DNA of 32,000 bases, taken from NCBI GenBank assembly GCA_002952755.1, contig CP025011.1, positions 210,001 through 242,000 on the forward strand. Reading direction: 5' to 3'. How positions within the stretch are numbered: position 1 is the first letter of the stretch; every line of letters starts with the position of its first letter. The translations under genes and the position numbers were made by a program. This stretch comes from Candidatus Saccharimonadota bacterium (GTDB taxonomy: Bacteria > Patescibacteriota > Saccharimonadia > Saccharimonadales > UBA4665). Shown piece after piece: positions 8,256-16,572 of this stretch. The notes beneath the pieces were generated by a model, which was not told the origin of the DNA, made no database searches, and was given only the letters and a program-made list of their open reading frames with translations.

Positions 8256-8885
8256 TTATCGCCTCCAAAATGCATTGCCGTTCTGGAGTGCTAGTTTACC
8301 AGCCAGAGCAAAATGAATCTGCTGTTGATAGATAGCGTCTTCCAGAGCGTTGTGTGTGAAGTCGCCCGGAGGTACAAGCGCTGCAGGCAATTGGCTTTTT
8401 GCTGTCTGACGCCAGTCATATGTACCGGGTAAGGCCATGGCTAAACTCTTTATGCAAAATCCTGCAACGCCAAATGGATTAGGCCCAATGCCAGCTTCTT
8501 TCATGGCCAGGTCAATCCATGGGAAGTCGAAACTTGCGTTAAATGCGGCTAGCACGGGAACTTCCTTGTTATATACTTCGGTCTTCTCGCTGACCCAGTT
8601 GCCTAGACTCAGTGCGGCGACTATTGGATCTGTTCCTTCTTCCAGTAGACGTTCGCGCTCCAGGGAATGTGCTTCTGTGAATCTACGGTTAGAAGGCAGA
8701 TATCTGTCGCTACTGGGGCGTAGTTCTTCATAAAAGGTGTCGCCCCAGGGGGTGACCGCGCCAATACTGAGCAGAGAACCATAGCCTGGTATGCCGTCTG
8801 CTTCGACGTCTAAATCTATATACAGCTGCGGTGCGGCGCGGACGATTTCTTTTCCGATGCCCACTAATTGTGTATGCGATCGCAT
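8256..8885 (-). CDS. DEDDh 3'-5' exonuclease (DnaQ/RNase T-like)
   Basis: The Exo motifs are DLDVEADG, FNASFDFPWI and HNALEDA (Hx4D). An AAGGAG Shine-Dalgarno sequence lies 7 nt upstream of the ATG. Confidence 0.75.
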   Translation of the reverse strand: MRSHTQLVGIGKEIVRAAPQLYIDLDVEADGIPGYGSLLSIGAVTPWGDTFYEELRPSSDRYLPSNRRFTEAHSLERERLLEEGTDPIVAALSLGNWVSEKTEVYNKEVPVLAAFNASFDFPWIDLAMKEAGIGPNPFGVAGFCIKSLAMALPGTYDWRQTAKSQLPAALVPPGDFTHNALEDAIYQQQIHFALAGKLALQNGNAFWRR

Positions 8886-8951
8886 TGCAGTACTCCTTAA
8901 TTACGGAGCACAGCATAGTGGAGAACGTTGCGGGAGTAAGTAAATATGTTT

Positions 8952-9668
8952 TTACTTACATATCAGCCGAAAGACCTCGTGCGGCTGTACGGAAGGCAGC
9001 CGATCAAATAGTGTAGCTACAAACATGCTCTTTTCAAATCGTGGGTTATCGACCCGTATATCATCTACTGGCCACCATTCGGTTGTAAATAAGGGGTGAG
9101 CTATGCGTGCAGGAGGGGCGTCCATCGGCTGCAACATAAAGATATAAGAAATGACGTGGTTTACAAATCCATCCTCTGACGTATGAATGGTGTCAGCGGT
9201 GGTGATTGGTCGGGCGGCTGGAAGCTGTGTGGGGCCAAAGATCTCCTCCAGGATGGCGCTTACACTTTCTTCGAGCGTTAATCCATAGCGGTAGATGTTG
9301 CCGGGTAGCAGTAGGTCGTTCAGCTGTTGTCGCAATTGGCCTTTCCGCACCGCTAGCAAGACGTTCCCGTGGTTATCTGGGATGATGAACTGTACAAGAG
9401 GACGCGGGGTTAAAACGGCAAAATCATGAAATACGCCGGCATAATTCGCCCATCGTGTGCCCTTAAGGGTAAGCCCGAACCCATCCTTTGTCTTACGAAT
9501 CAAGCCACGATCGATAAGCTTGTTGGCGTGGTACATAAACAAACTGTTTTCGATACCGGCATCTTTGAGGTCGCTAAATCGTATCGGCTTATCGGTTGCA
9601 GCTAGTCTGGAGATGATTTCAACTTGAAGAAAATGATCCAGCTGTCTGTGTAAGAAGTTGTTTGGCAT
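8952..9668 (-). CDS. winged-helix protein with a C-terminal Nudix-like domain whose Nudix box is degenerate
   Basis: The N-terminus resembles a MarR-type wHTH (IISRLAATDKPIRFSDLKD...LIDRGLIRKTKDG). PGNIYRYGLTLEESVSAILEEIFG aligns position-for-position with the Nudix box, but the E, RE and EE catalytic residues are replaced. Confidence 0.45.
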   Translation of the reverse strand: MPNNFLHRQLDHFLQVEIISRLAATDKPIRFSDLKDAGIENSLFMYHANKLIDRGLIRKTKDGFGLTLKGTRWANYAGVFHDFAVLTPRPLVQFIIPDNHGNVLLAVRKGQLRQQLNDLLLPGNIYRYGLTLEESVSAILEEIFGPTQLPAARPITTADTIHTSEDGFVNHVISYIFMLQPMDAPPARIAHPLFTTEWWPVDDIRVDNPRFEKSMFVATLFDRLPSVQPHEVFRLICK

Positions 9669-9674
9669 GGGATC

Positions 9675-9683
9675 ATCATAGCA
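9675..9683 (-). promoter_or_regulatory. extended -10 box, leaderless geometry
   Basis: The reverse complement reads tTGcTATGAT, gatccc, then ATG (9668). Confidence 0.45.
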
Positions 9684-9870
9684 AAAAGATCTTTGTTTAA
9701 GGCTCTTCTTGCCATTTACAATTATGACTACCGAGGCATCATAATGGGGAATCAGAGGTTGCCGATGCCTCAGGTTACTCGGTCATAGCAGCCGTAATGA
9801 AAAAGACCTCTTCAGCGGCCACGATTGCCCCAATTGGGCTATGTTACTGTAGCGATATCCACCCCTTAGG

Positions 9871-10965
9871 CTACTTGTAAGCCAGACTGAGGATAAAGTT
9901 TTCGAGTATCTTACTATATTCGCGAAGTGAGGAGAGACTAACTTGTTCATCGTCCCCATGGATACCTGCACCAGATGGGCCGAATACGATGGCATGCGGC
10001 GAGTAGAATCTGGCATCGGAAGAACCGTGTTTGCGAATGAGGGAAGGAGAACGGCCGGTTACTTCTGAGATAGAATCAACCAGGCGTTCTACAAGCGGGT
10101 CGTTGGCGCTTGCTTCAATGGGCGGCTCTATTCCTGTTATAAATACAATCTCGACGCGAGGATCGATACTTGCAAAGAAGGAGACAACCGAATGCCTATT
10201 GGCAAAGTTTTGGTCGTCCTTTATAAATCGGACGTCCAGTCCGGCAGCCGCATATTCCGGCACTAAATTGATCGCAGGGTTTTCCGTACCCAAGCTCGCT
10301 ATGTTTATCGTAGTCACCCAAGACGCTTGATCAGGAATCGGATAACGAGCGAGTGTACGGTTGAGTACTCGGAGCAGTCGAACGGCAGCATTATCACCAT
10401 TCCATAGATTGGCGCTATGCGCGGATCTACCATGCATGATTAATCTTAGGCGACAGAGGCCTTTTGATTCTGTGCAAATATCTAGATTGGTATATTCGCC
10501 CATTATAACCAAGTCTGCTGTAACACCTGACTTCATTTGGTGGCCCGTACCATCATAGCCGCCAACTTCCTCATCGCTTACTATTTGTAGTCCGATAGCG
10601 TAAGGTAGGCGCGGAGCGAGCCTGGCAAAGGTGTCCGCCAGCACAAGTGTGGCTAATTTCATATCCACGGTTCCTCTGCCGCTTAGCACATTGCCTCGCG
10701 TCTGCAGCCTGAAAAGACTATCTTTCCCTGGCACGACGTCAACATGACCATTAAGGAGTAGCTTAAAGTGTTTGGGCCGGCTCGTGCCTGCATACGCTAA
10801 GAAGCTGGGCTTTTTGTTGTGCAGAAAAGTCTCAACAGTAATGCTTGGGTCTGAAGCTGCAACGTGGGCAATCAGATCAATAGCATCTTGCAAACCCTGG
10901 CTACTCCCTTCTACTGATTTGATAGAGATAAGCTTACGGGCGAGTATGAGTAGCTGTTCGTCCAT
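9871..10965 (-). CDS. M20 family metallopeptidase/deacylase (ArgE/DapE-like)
   Basis: It has LLLNGHVDVVPG, GRGTVDMK and SDEEVGG. I chose the start at ATG 10965 (MDEQLLIL...), which is supported by the -10 box 7 nt upstream. Confidence 0.85.
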   Translation of the reverse strand: MDEQLLILARKLISIKSVEGSSQGLQDAIDLIAHVAASDPSITVETFLHNKKPSFLAYAGTSRPKHFKLLLNGHVDVVPGKDSLFRLQTRGNVLSGRGTVDMKLATLVLADTFARLAPRLPYAIGLQIVSDEEVGGYDGTGHQMKSGVTADLVIMGEYTNLDICTESKGLCRLRLIMHGRSAHSANLWNGDNAAVRLLRVLNRTLARYPIPDQASWVTTINIASLGTENPAINLVPEYAAAGLDVRFIKDDQNFANRHSVVSFFASIDPRVEIVFITGIEPPIEASANDPLVERLVDSISEVTGRSPSLIRKHGSSDARFYSPHAIVFGPSGAGIHGDDEQVSLSSLREYSKILENFILSLAYK

Positions 10966-10972
10966 GCCACCC

Positions 10973-10981
10973 ATCATAACA
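10973..10981 (-). promoter_or_regulatory. extended -10 box, leaderless geometry
   Basis: The reverse complement reads cTGtTATGAT, gggtggc, then ATG (10965). Confidence 0.45.
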
Positions 10982-11020
10982 GACTGACACACTGCTGAGG
11001 CCGGAGATCATGTACTGTTT

Positions 11021-13288
11021 TTAAGCTATATATGCTGCCCATACACCGATGTCGCCACTTTTCGCAGTCACGAGAGGTGTCCAGGTGAGGTTGGTAGTGT
11101 CCGAGACGGTGGGAACGCCGCCTGGGCAGACTGCAAGTACAACCAGTAACGTCCCGTGGCTAATGCTAGCGCTGATGTTGTCGGTTGATTGTTGTTGGTC
11201 GACATTGGTGCCGCTGACTAAGTAGTTAAGCGTGCCGCTTGCAAGGATTTCGGCCGCTGCTATGCCATTAAACTGGCCTTGCTCGTTGGTCGCTCCGACG
11301 GTAATGGGAGTCCCGGAAGTCGTCTTCGATGTGGTAATGAATGTCTGATAGCTACAGCCGCCATCCCCGCTGCCGGCAGAAAGTACGGTAACGTTGGAGG
11401 TTGGTGTCGGATCTGCACTACCGGGAAAGATTTGGTTGACCCCGACGATATAGCTGCCGGTTGCCGAGGGTGTAATAGTGGTCGTGAGCGCCTGTCCGGC
11501 CGAACCTCCATCTGTCGAGCCCGTTTGGCCGTTTTGAGCGGAGGCGGCATTGGTGAAGGCCAGAACACTCATAGCCGCGACTTGGCCGCTACCCACCGAC
11601 ACGGACACTGTGGTTGTCGGGGGCAAACCTGCGCCATAACCGGTCACAACGGAGAGGAACAGCCATTTGCCAAGACTGGCGCTGTAAGAGAAGGCGACCT
11701 TGCTCATACTGGAAGCCGTGGACGGTAGTGATGGCTGGCCAGACGTGCCAAACACGAATGCACTTCCCCAGGAAAACGTCCTGTTGCCAGTACTATCTTG
11801 GGTTATCTCGTAGCTGATGGTGTGGCCATCTATGGGATTGAGCGGTGTTGCAATCGTCCATCCAGAGGCCACGAGGGTCACACGGAACACACTTCCCAGC
11901 GAGGCGTCTGCCGTGACATTGCCCCCTGACTGGCTGACAGTGACTGCCCCCTCAATGGGGCCGAACGCGTACCCGGTGCCAGAGAGATTATACGGACCGC
12001 TGGTGCCCGTAGCAGCATTACTCGAGATAGTTGTCCCGGTACACGTGCCGGATGTCTGCACACCGTAGACCTGCTGGCCAGGCCCTGGCCCTGCCGAACT
12101 GCCGCTGCTGGCAATGCCAACGTTATTCGCAACACTGCAGTATGTCGCACCAGTAATGTTGATCGCAACGCCGGTGCTGCTGCCTGTCGAGTTGCTATCA
12201 CACTCGCAGCCGCTGACGTTGGTATATTGGCACCCGTTTAGATTAAAGCCATGGTTAGAAGACTGTTGGGATTGGCATACTTCAAATGTATTGTTCTTGC
12301 CGACGAGCTCGAAACCGTTTTTTGTAACGTCCCACACATGCGTCGCGTTATTATAGCCAGCCCAAAACGATTTACAGCTTGTAACCATGTTGTTCCAGCC
12401 GGCCATATAGAAACCATGGCCCCCCGACGGTCCACTATTACAATGACTGATAAACGAGTCCGTGCAGCCGCCCTCGAAGTAAAATCCGGTACCTGTTGCT
12501 TGGTACTGACTGCATCCGCTGACTAACAAGGCGCGCGTGTTGGCGCCAAAATGAAACGCATCGCCATCCGAGTTAAAGCTGAATACGTTGAGCACTCGAT
12601 GCATGCAGTCAAAAGGGTCACCACCGGCCCAACCGGTATTATCGAGTAAGATATGGCCCGCAGCGGCTCCGCCGTAAGGAGTGCTGAGTGCGAGATCGCG
12701 AATTGTTACCTGGCGGCTAGTGCTCGGATGGGTCAGGGTGATGAGGTAGCCGGTTGTCCCGGCCTTTGCTTGGAGAATTGTAGCCCATCCAGCGCCGCAG
12801 AGCGTGACATTTGTGTCGAGCGTTATATTCGAAATGACATAGGTCGCAGCGGGGAGGTAAACCACCCCACCACCGGCAGTAGCGGCAGCGCTCAGAGCGG
12901 CTTGGATTGCTGGGGTATCATCGGTGCTGCCATCTCCTACGGCGCCATACTGTTTGACATTGAACCAGTCGGTAAGCCCATTGGCATTAGGTTGGAGTGC
13001 GGTCCCCGCAGCTGTCAGCGCTGTTTGCACTGAGGAGGTTAAGTCTGAGGCGGGGATGCCACTCACAGGCTTCGAGTACTTTGCAGCTATGGCTGCGATA
13101 GCGGATTGTGTAGTGCCGTCTAAGTCAGTTGCGGGAATGCCGGAACCCGGCTTGCTGTATGCTCCGGCGGTAGTTACGGCGCTCGGCTGGAGCGTTCCAT
13201 CACCATTATGGGCGACCTGAAGAAAAGAATTTAAGACTTGCCCCCAGTCGCCATCATCGCCCCCAACATAGGGTAGACGCGTCGTCAT
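11021..13288 (-). CDS. phage tailspike/depolymerase-like right-handed beta-helix protein (pectate-lyase superfamily)
   Basis: FNVKQYGAVGDGSTDDTPAIQAALSAAATAGGGVVYLPAATYVI is the Pectate_lyase_3 signature. The N-terminus has GDDGDWGQVLNSFLQ plus a duplicated YSKPxSGIPAxDL tail-fibre-type motif. Beta-helix-type Gly/Ser/Asn-rich turns follow, then a beta-rich C-terminal domain. No signal peptide is evident. Confidence 0.75.
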   Translation of the reverse strand: MTTRLPYVGGDDGDWGQVLNSFLQVAHNGDGTLQPSAVTTAGAYSKPGSGIPATDLDGTTQSAIAAIAAKYSKPVSGIPASDLTSSVQTALTAAGTALQPNANGLTDWFNVKQYGAVGDGSTDDTPAIQAALSAAATAGGGVVYLPAATYVISNITLDTNVTLCGAGWATILQAKAGTTGYLITLTHPSTSRQVTIRDLALSTPYGGAAAGHILLDNTGWAGGDPFDCMHRVLNVFSFNSDGDAFHFGANTRALLVSGCSQYQATGTGFYFEGGCTDSFISHCNSGPSGGHGFYMAGWNNMVTSCKSFWAGYNNATHVWDVTKNGFELVGKNNTFEVCQSQQSSNHGFNLNGCQYTNVSGCECDSNSTGSSTGVAINITGATYCSVANNVGIASSGSSAGPGPGQQVYGVQTSGTCTGTTISSNAATGTSGPYNLSGTGYAFGPIEGAVTVSQSGGNVTADASLGSVFRVTLVASGWTIATPLNPIDGHTISYEITQDSTGNRTFSWGSAFVFGTSGQPSLPSTASSMSKVAFSYSASLGKWLFLSVVTGYGAGLPPTTTVSVSVGSGQVAAMSVLAFTNAASAQNGQTGSTDGGSAGQALTTTITPSATGSYIVGVNQIFPGSADPTPTSNVTVLSAGSGDGGCSYQTFITTSKTTSGTPITVGATNEQGQFNGIAAAEILASGTLNYLVSGTNVDQQQSTDNISASISHGTLLVVLAVCPGGVPTVSDTTNLTWTPLVTAKSGDIGVWAAYIA

Positions 13289-13484
13289 ATTTGGCGGCCT
13301 TCTATGAGGGTAATCAGGTCATGGGCTATAGGTAACATTTTTTCGTGGTGTTCTTCGCGATACATACTGCTTATTACGTTTTTCCAGGTGGTGTCGATCC
13401 GGAGCATAGAGTGCTCTCGCCTCAAATTGTGGCATCCGAATTTGAATATGCCTGAGACATAATCATAAACCTTTCCATGGTGCT

Positions 13485-13493
13485 ATTGTAGCA
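13485..13493 (-). promoter_or_regulatory. extended -10 box upstream of the tailspike-like gene
   Basis: The reverse complement reads tTGcTACAAT, agcacc, then ATG (13478). That ATG opens only an 18-codon ORF, and the transcript would continue into 13288. Confidence 0.4.
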
Positions 13494-13667
13494 ATAAAAA
13501 ACTCCTTACACGAGAGAAACATAAGCTTTTCCATTTCTGTAGTTATGGCCGCCGCCACGGTAGATGTTACGCTCCTAACTGAGAGCAAATCCTTCCGTTA
13601 TTTTCACTATAGTCTCTAGAGACTTACAGTACATATAGTCGCTGCTGAAGTCAGAAGTGAAAACAAA

Positions 13668-13979
13668 TCACTGATTTTTCAGTAGGGTAAGGGCCAGTGC
13701 GACACAATGCTTACAGAAAATATCGTGTTTTCTTGGATTGCCGGTGCAATGCCATGTCAGCCCCTGGGGAGTCGCATGTAACCAGGTGCGACGACGCGAA
13801 CTGCCGCCCTCGGCAACCGTGCCGTCCAGCCCGCCAACCCACGCCTCTACCTCTTGCGCTTCACTGAGGATAAATTCGACACCACCGCGGCTAAAGATAG
13901 CCTCTCCATATTTGAAATTAGACGGTAAAGACAAGCGCTTTATCTCTTCCAGGCTCAGGAGGTCGGTCAAGTCTTGCAT
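13668..13979 (-). CDS. SWIM-like zinc-finger protein
   Basis: WHCTGNPRKHDIFCKHCVALAL matches the CKH...A half of the SWIM finger. The first CxC is degenerate (HCTG). Confidence 0.5.
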   Translation of the reverse strand: MQDLTDLLSLEEIKRLSLPSNFKYGEAIFSRGGVEFILSEAQEVEAWVGGLDGTVAEGGSSRRRTWLHATPQGLTWHCTGNPRKHDIFCKHCVALALTLLKNQ

Positions 13980-13985
13980 ACTTCA

Positions 13986-13994
13986 AATATAACA
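13986..13994 (-). promoter_or_regulatory. extended -10 box, leaderless geometry
   Basis: The reverse complement reads tTGtTATATT, tgaagt, then ATG (13979). Confidence 0.45.
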
Positions 13995-14350
13995 AAAAGG
14001 CTCTAGAATTGAATGGGTGTCCTATTAAGCTCTATGAGCACTTCCCATGTTGACGTCTCTAGGTCAGAGAATTGAGACTTGGTGGTTGGAGGGTGTCTTC
14101 GGGTTGGCGCTTGATGCCGTCAGGATGCAGGACAAATTTAACTACGCAGTAATCGTAACAAACGGCTGAAGAGGGCAACGCTAGCATTAATCGTGATATA
14201 TGATATAAGTTATATATGCATACAAGATCAGGTACAGCTGAAAATGCAGGCCGAGACTTAGCGTATGCCACTCTCTTGCAGGAAGCAAATGCTTGCTGGA
14301 TCCGGCGGCAGATGTAACATCTATAGACATTACCATAACTGAAATTAGGA

Positions 14351-14356
14351 TATACT
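14351..14356 (+). promoter_or_regulatory. -10 box, leaderless geometry
   Basis: The sequence reads TATACT, acagct, then ATG (14363). Confidence 0.4.
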
Positions 14357-14362
14357 ACAGCT

Positions 14363-15292
14363 ATGAAAGCAGTACAGGATTTTACCAATGATCCCCGATT
14401 TCAACTTATCCGGCAGCTTAATACGCAGGTTCTTAAGCACCCCTTCGACCCGTCAGTAAGTATCAGTATTCAACATGATATAGCCAAGCGAATTCTACCG
14501 GAATCGGCTGGTCGTATGATTATACCAACAGTATACGGTTTTCGGCTTTTGATTGATCTTGATCAATCCCATACAGCAAGTATGCAAGGCTCTATCGAAC
14601 GAAACATATATTTTTTGGGTACCTATGAAGCAGGTACACTTGAAGTTATACATCGTTCGCTCTCATCTTGGGGAGGCGATACAACCTTCGTTGATATTGG
14701 TGCTCATAATGGGCTGATGTCCTTATACGCCGCCCTTATTAGTAGCGCCTCCAGGGTGTTTTCGTTTGAACCAAATCCACATATGTTTGAGGTGCTAAAA
14801 GCCAATCTCGAGCTAAATAGCTGCACTACTATCACGCCATTCGCACTAGCTTTGGGTGACCAACAAGGAACGGTCTCGATCGAAACAAACGCTGGGAATA
14901 GTGGCGCTGCCCATATTTCGACGTCGGCGGACGCCACTGAGCACAATATACCTGTCGATACGTTTGATCATGTTGCTAAAACCAACGGTCTGGATCATGT
15001 GAATTTGATGCTAATGGATGTGGAGGGTTATGAAAATAATGTGCTTATCGGTGCGAAGGAAACGCTCGGTGTACATAAGCCGGACTTGATTATTGAGTAT
15101 GATCCAACCGATAGAGACAACCGCGTGACGGATGTCTTGCAGCGGCATGGGTACGAAGTGTACGTCTTAGAGCGTTCACGCCATCTTCCAGGCCAATTGA
15201 TTCCATTTAAAATGATCGATGCTAGCACTACACAAAAAGATAATTATTTTTGCTTCCAGCCAGACAGGGCTAAGGTTCTTGGCCTTAAGTAA
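14363..15292 (+). CDS. FkbM family methyltransferase
   Basis: It has FVDIGAHNGLMSLYAA ... VFSFEPNPHMFEVLKANLELN ... MDVEGYE, which are Methyltransf_21 hallmarks. Confidence 0.85.
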   Translation: MKAVQDFTNDPRFQLIRQLNTQVLKHPFDPSVSISIQHDIAKRILPESAGRMIIPTVYGFRLLIDLDQSHTASMQGSIERNIYFLGTYEAGTLEVIHRSLSSWGGDTTFVDIGAHNGLMSLYAALISSASRVFSFEPNPHMFEVLKANLELNSCTTITPFALALGDQQGTVSIETNAGNSGAAHISTSADATEHNIPVDTFDHVAKTNGLDHVNLMLMDVEGYENNVLIGAKETLGVHKPDLIIEYDPTDRDNRVTDVLQRHGYEVYVLERSRHLPGQLIPFKMIDASTTQKDNYFCFQPDRAKVLGLK

Positions 15293-15562
15293 ACTATCTC
15301 TCTGGCTAACACTAAAGGACTTTTCTAATGCTTATGCTTGGGGGCCCGCATATACTTTTGAGCCGCAGCTCCTCAGTAATCTCATTGAAGAATTAACATA
15401 ACTATACGACGCCAGGCTGGTTGGCTTTGGTGCCGGGTATCAAAAAGGGCAGTATAGGCATGTCAACCTGATCGTTAATAGAATTCTATCGTAGATATAG
15501 CCACAATTGGTATAGGCAAGTGGTCGTTGGCTTGCGCCGTGCTGCGAGTATAGTAGCAAAAG

Positions 15563-16339
15563 TTAGTGAGAGGCTGCTGCTGCCCTCCCTGCATATAAAT
15601 CATCAAAGCCAACTTCAAACGTACGGGGACGTCGTCCCCAGAACGTGGGATAGTGAGCGCGCTCATGCATAAGCATTACCCGTTCCTTGGGATCATCTTC
15701 AAGAAGTAAGGATATCGTACTGGCTGCCTGGCGTTTGGAGGGGCGAATTTGAGGCGTAAGATCTCTAAGATCAGTAGCAGTCTTGCATGAGAAGAAACCA
15801 AGCCATAGTTCTCTCGTGAGCCGTGTCACATGCGTTGGGTCTTGTTCGTATATTTTACTAACGAAGTTTCCATGCCTGTCAGTGATTGGGATGATGGCAA
15901 GTACTTTTCGTCCGATACACTGCAGTTGTTCTGTCATCTCGCGCAGTTGGTTCTCTGGAACGTGTTCGAAAACATCTTGAGCTATAACTAGGTCAGCCGA
16001 GTCATTAGGAAGATCTGATAAGGATAGGCCGTCTGGACCGCCCAAAAGATAGACTCGGCCACGAGCCTCAGGTACTGCTTTTTCAATAGCATCGGGGGAG
16101 GGGTCGACGCCAATTGCTCGATAGCCCAGCTCATTGCAGGCGGCAGTTAGAGCTCCAGTGCCACAGCCGAAGTCGAGAATTCGGGCGCCATACCGTAGCC
16201 CCACCGCATCAACTATGGCTTGAGCTCGGGCGGTATCTCTATCGGGATCATAACCAGATGCATAGTGCTGATCATAGTAAGTAGGGCCATACGCTTGGGG
16301 CGCGGCTTGGGCTAAAGGGTTAGGAAACGTATTCCGCAT
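15563..16339 (-). CDS. class I SAM-dependent methyltransferase
   Basis: Motif I is ILDFGCGTGALTAA, and DLVIAQDVFEHV follows. I chose the start at ATG 16339 (MRNTFPNPL...). The 57-codon upstream extension in the track looks non-coding. Confidence 0.8.
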   Translation of the reverse strand: MRNTFPNPLAQAAPQAYGPTYYDQHYASGYDPDRDTARAQAIVDAVGLRYGARILDFGCGTGALTAACNELGYRAIGVDPSPDAIEKAVPEARGRVYLLGGPDGLSLSDLPNDSADLVIAQDVFEHVPENQLREMTEQLQCIGRKVLAIIPITDRHGNFVSKIYEQDPTHVTRLTRELWLGFFSCKTATDLRDLTPQIRPSKRQAASTISLLLEDDPKERVMLMHERAHYPTFWGRRPRTFEVGFDDLYAGRAAAASH

Positions 16340-16559
16340 GATCAAATAGGTATAAATACAAACCGTCCTCGCGGTTTTATAACAATCTGAATGTAATCTT
16401 TTTGGAGGTGCACTCGTAGAAAGTTTAAACCTATTCTTGATGAATTCAAGAGGTGGCGAGTTGTGCTCGAAGTACTTTAAGGAGCGCTGCTTTAGATTGC
16501 AGCAGACCATTTAACCAGAGATTGCTCAGATAAACCAGCATAGATAGTAAGGTTTGGAT

Positions 16560-16565
16560 TATACT
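16560..16565 (+). promoter_or_regulatory. -10 box, leaderless geometry
   Basis: The sequence reads TATACT, gtcttcg, then ATG (16573). Confidence 0.4.
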
Positions 16566-16572
16566 GTCTTCG

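Noticed and set aside
9733-9771. 8-bp inverted repeat gaggcatc...gatgcctc with a 23-nt loop downstream of the M20 gene
   Set aside because: It could be a weak terminator, but no T-run follows on the relevant strand and the loop is long. There is not enough evidence to call a feature.
11260-13220. Multiple 65-149-aa ORFs on both strands inside the tailspike-like gene
   Set aside because: They are Arg/Gly/Pro-rich shadow frames of a Gly/Ser/Thr/Ala-rich gene. The 755-aa frame carries the recognisable beta-helix signature.
14059-14388. 109-aa Cys-rich minus-strand ORF in the SWIM/FkbM intergenic region
   Set aside because: It overlaps the well-supported FkbM start. It has no -10 box or SD sequence and no recognisable motif.
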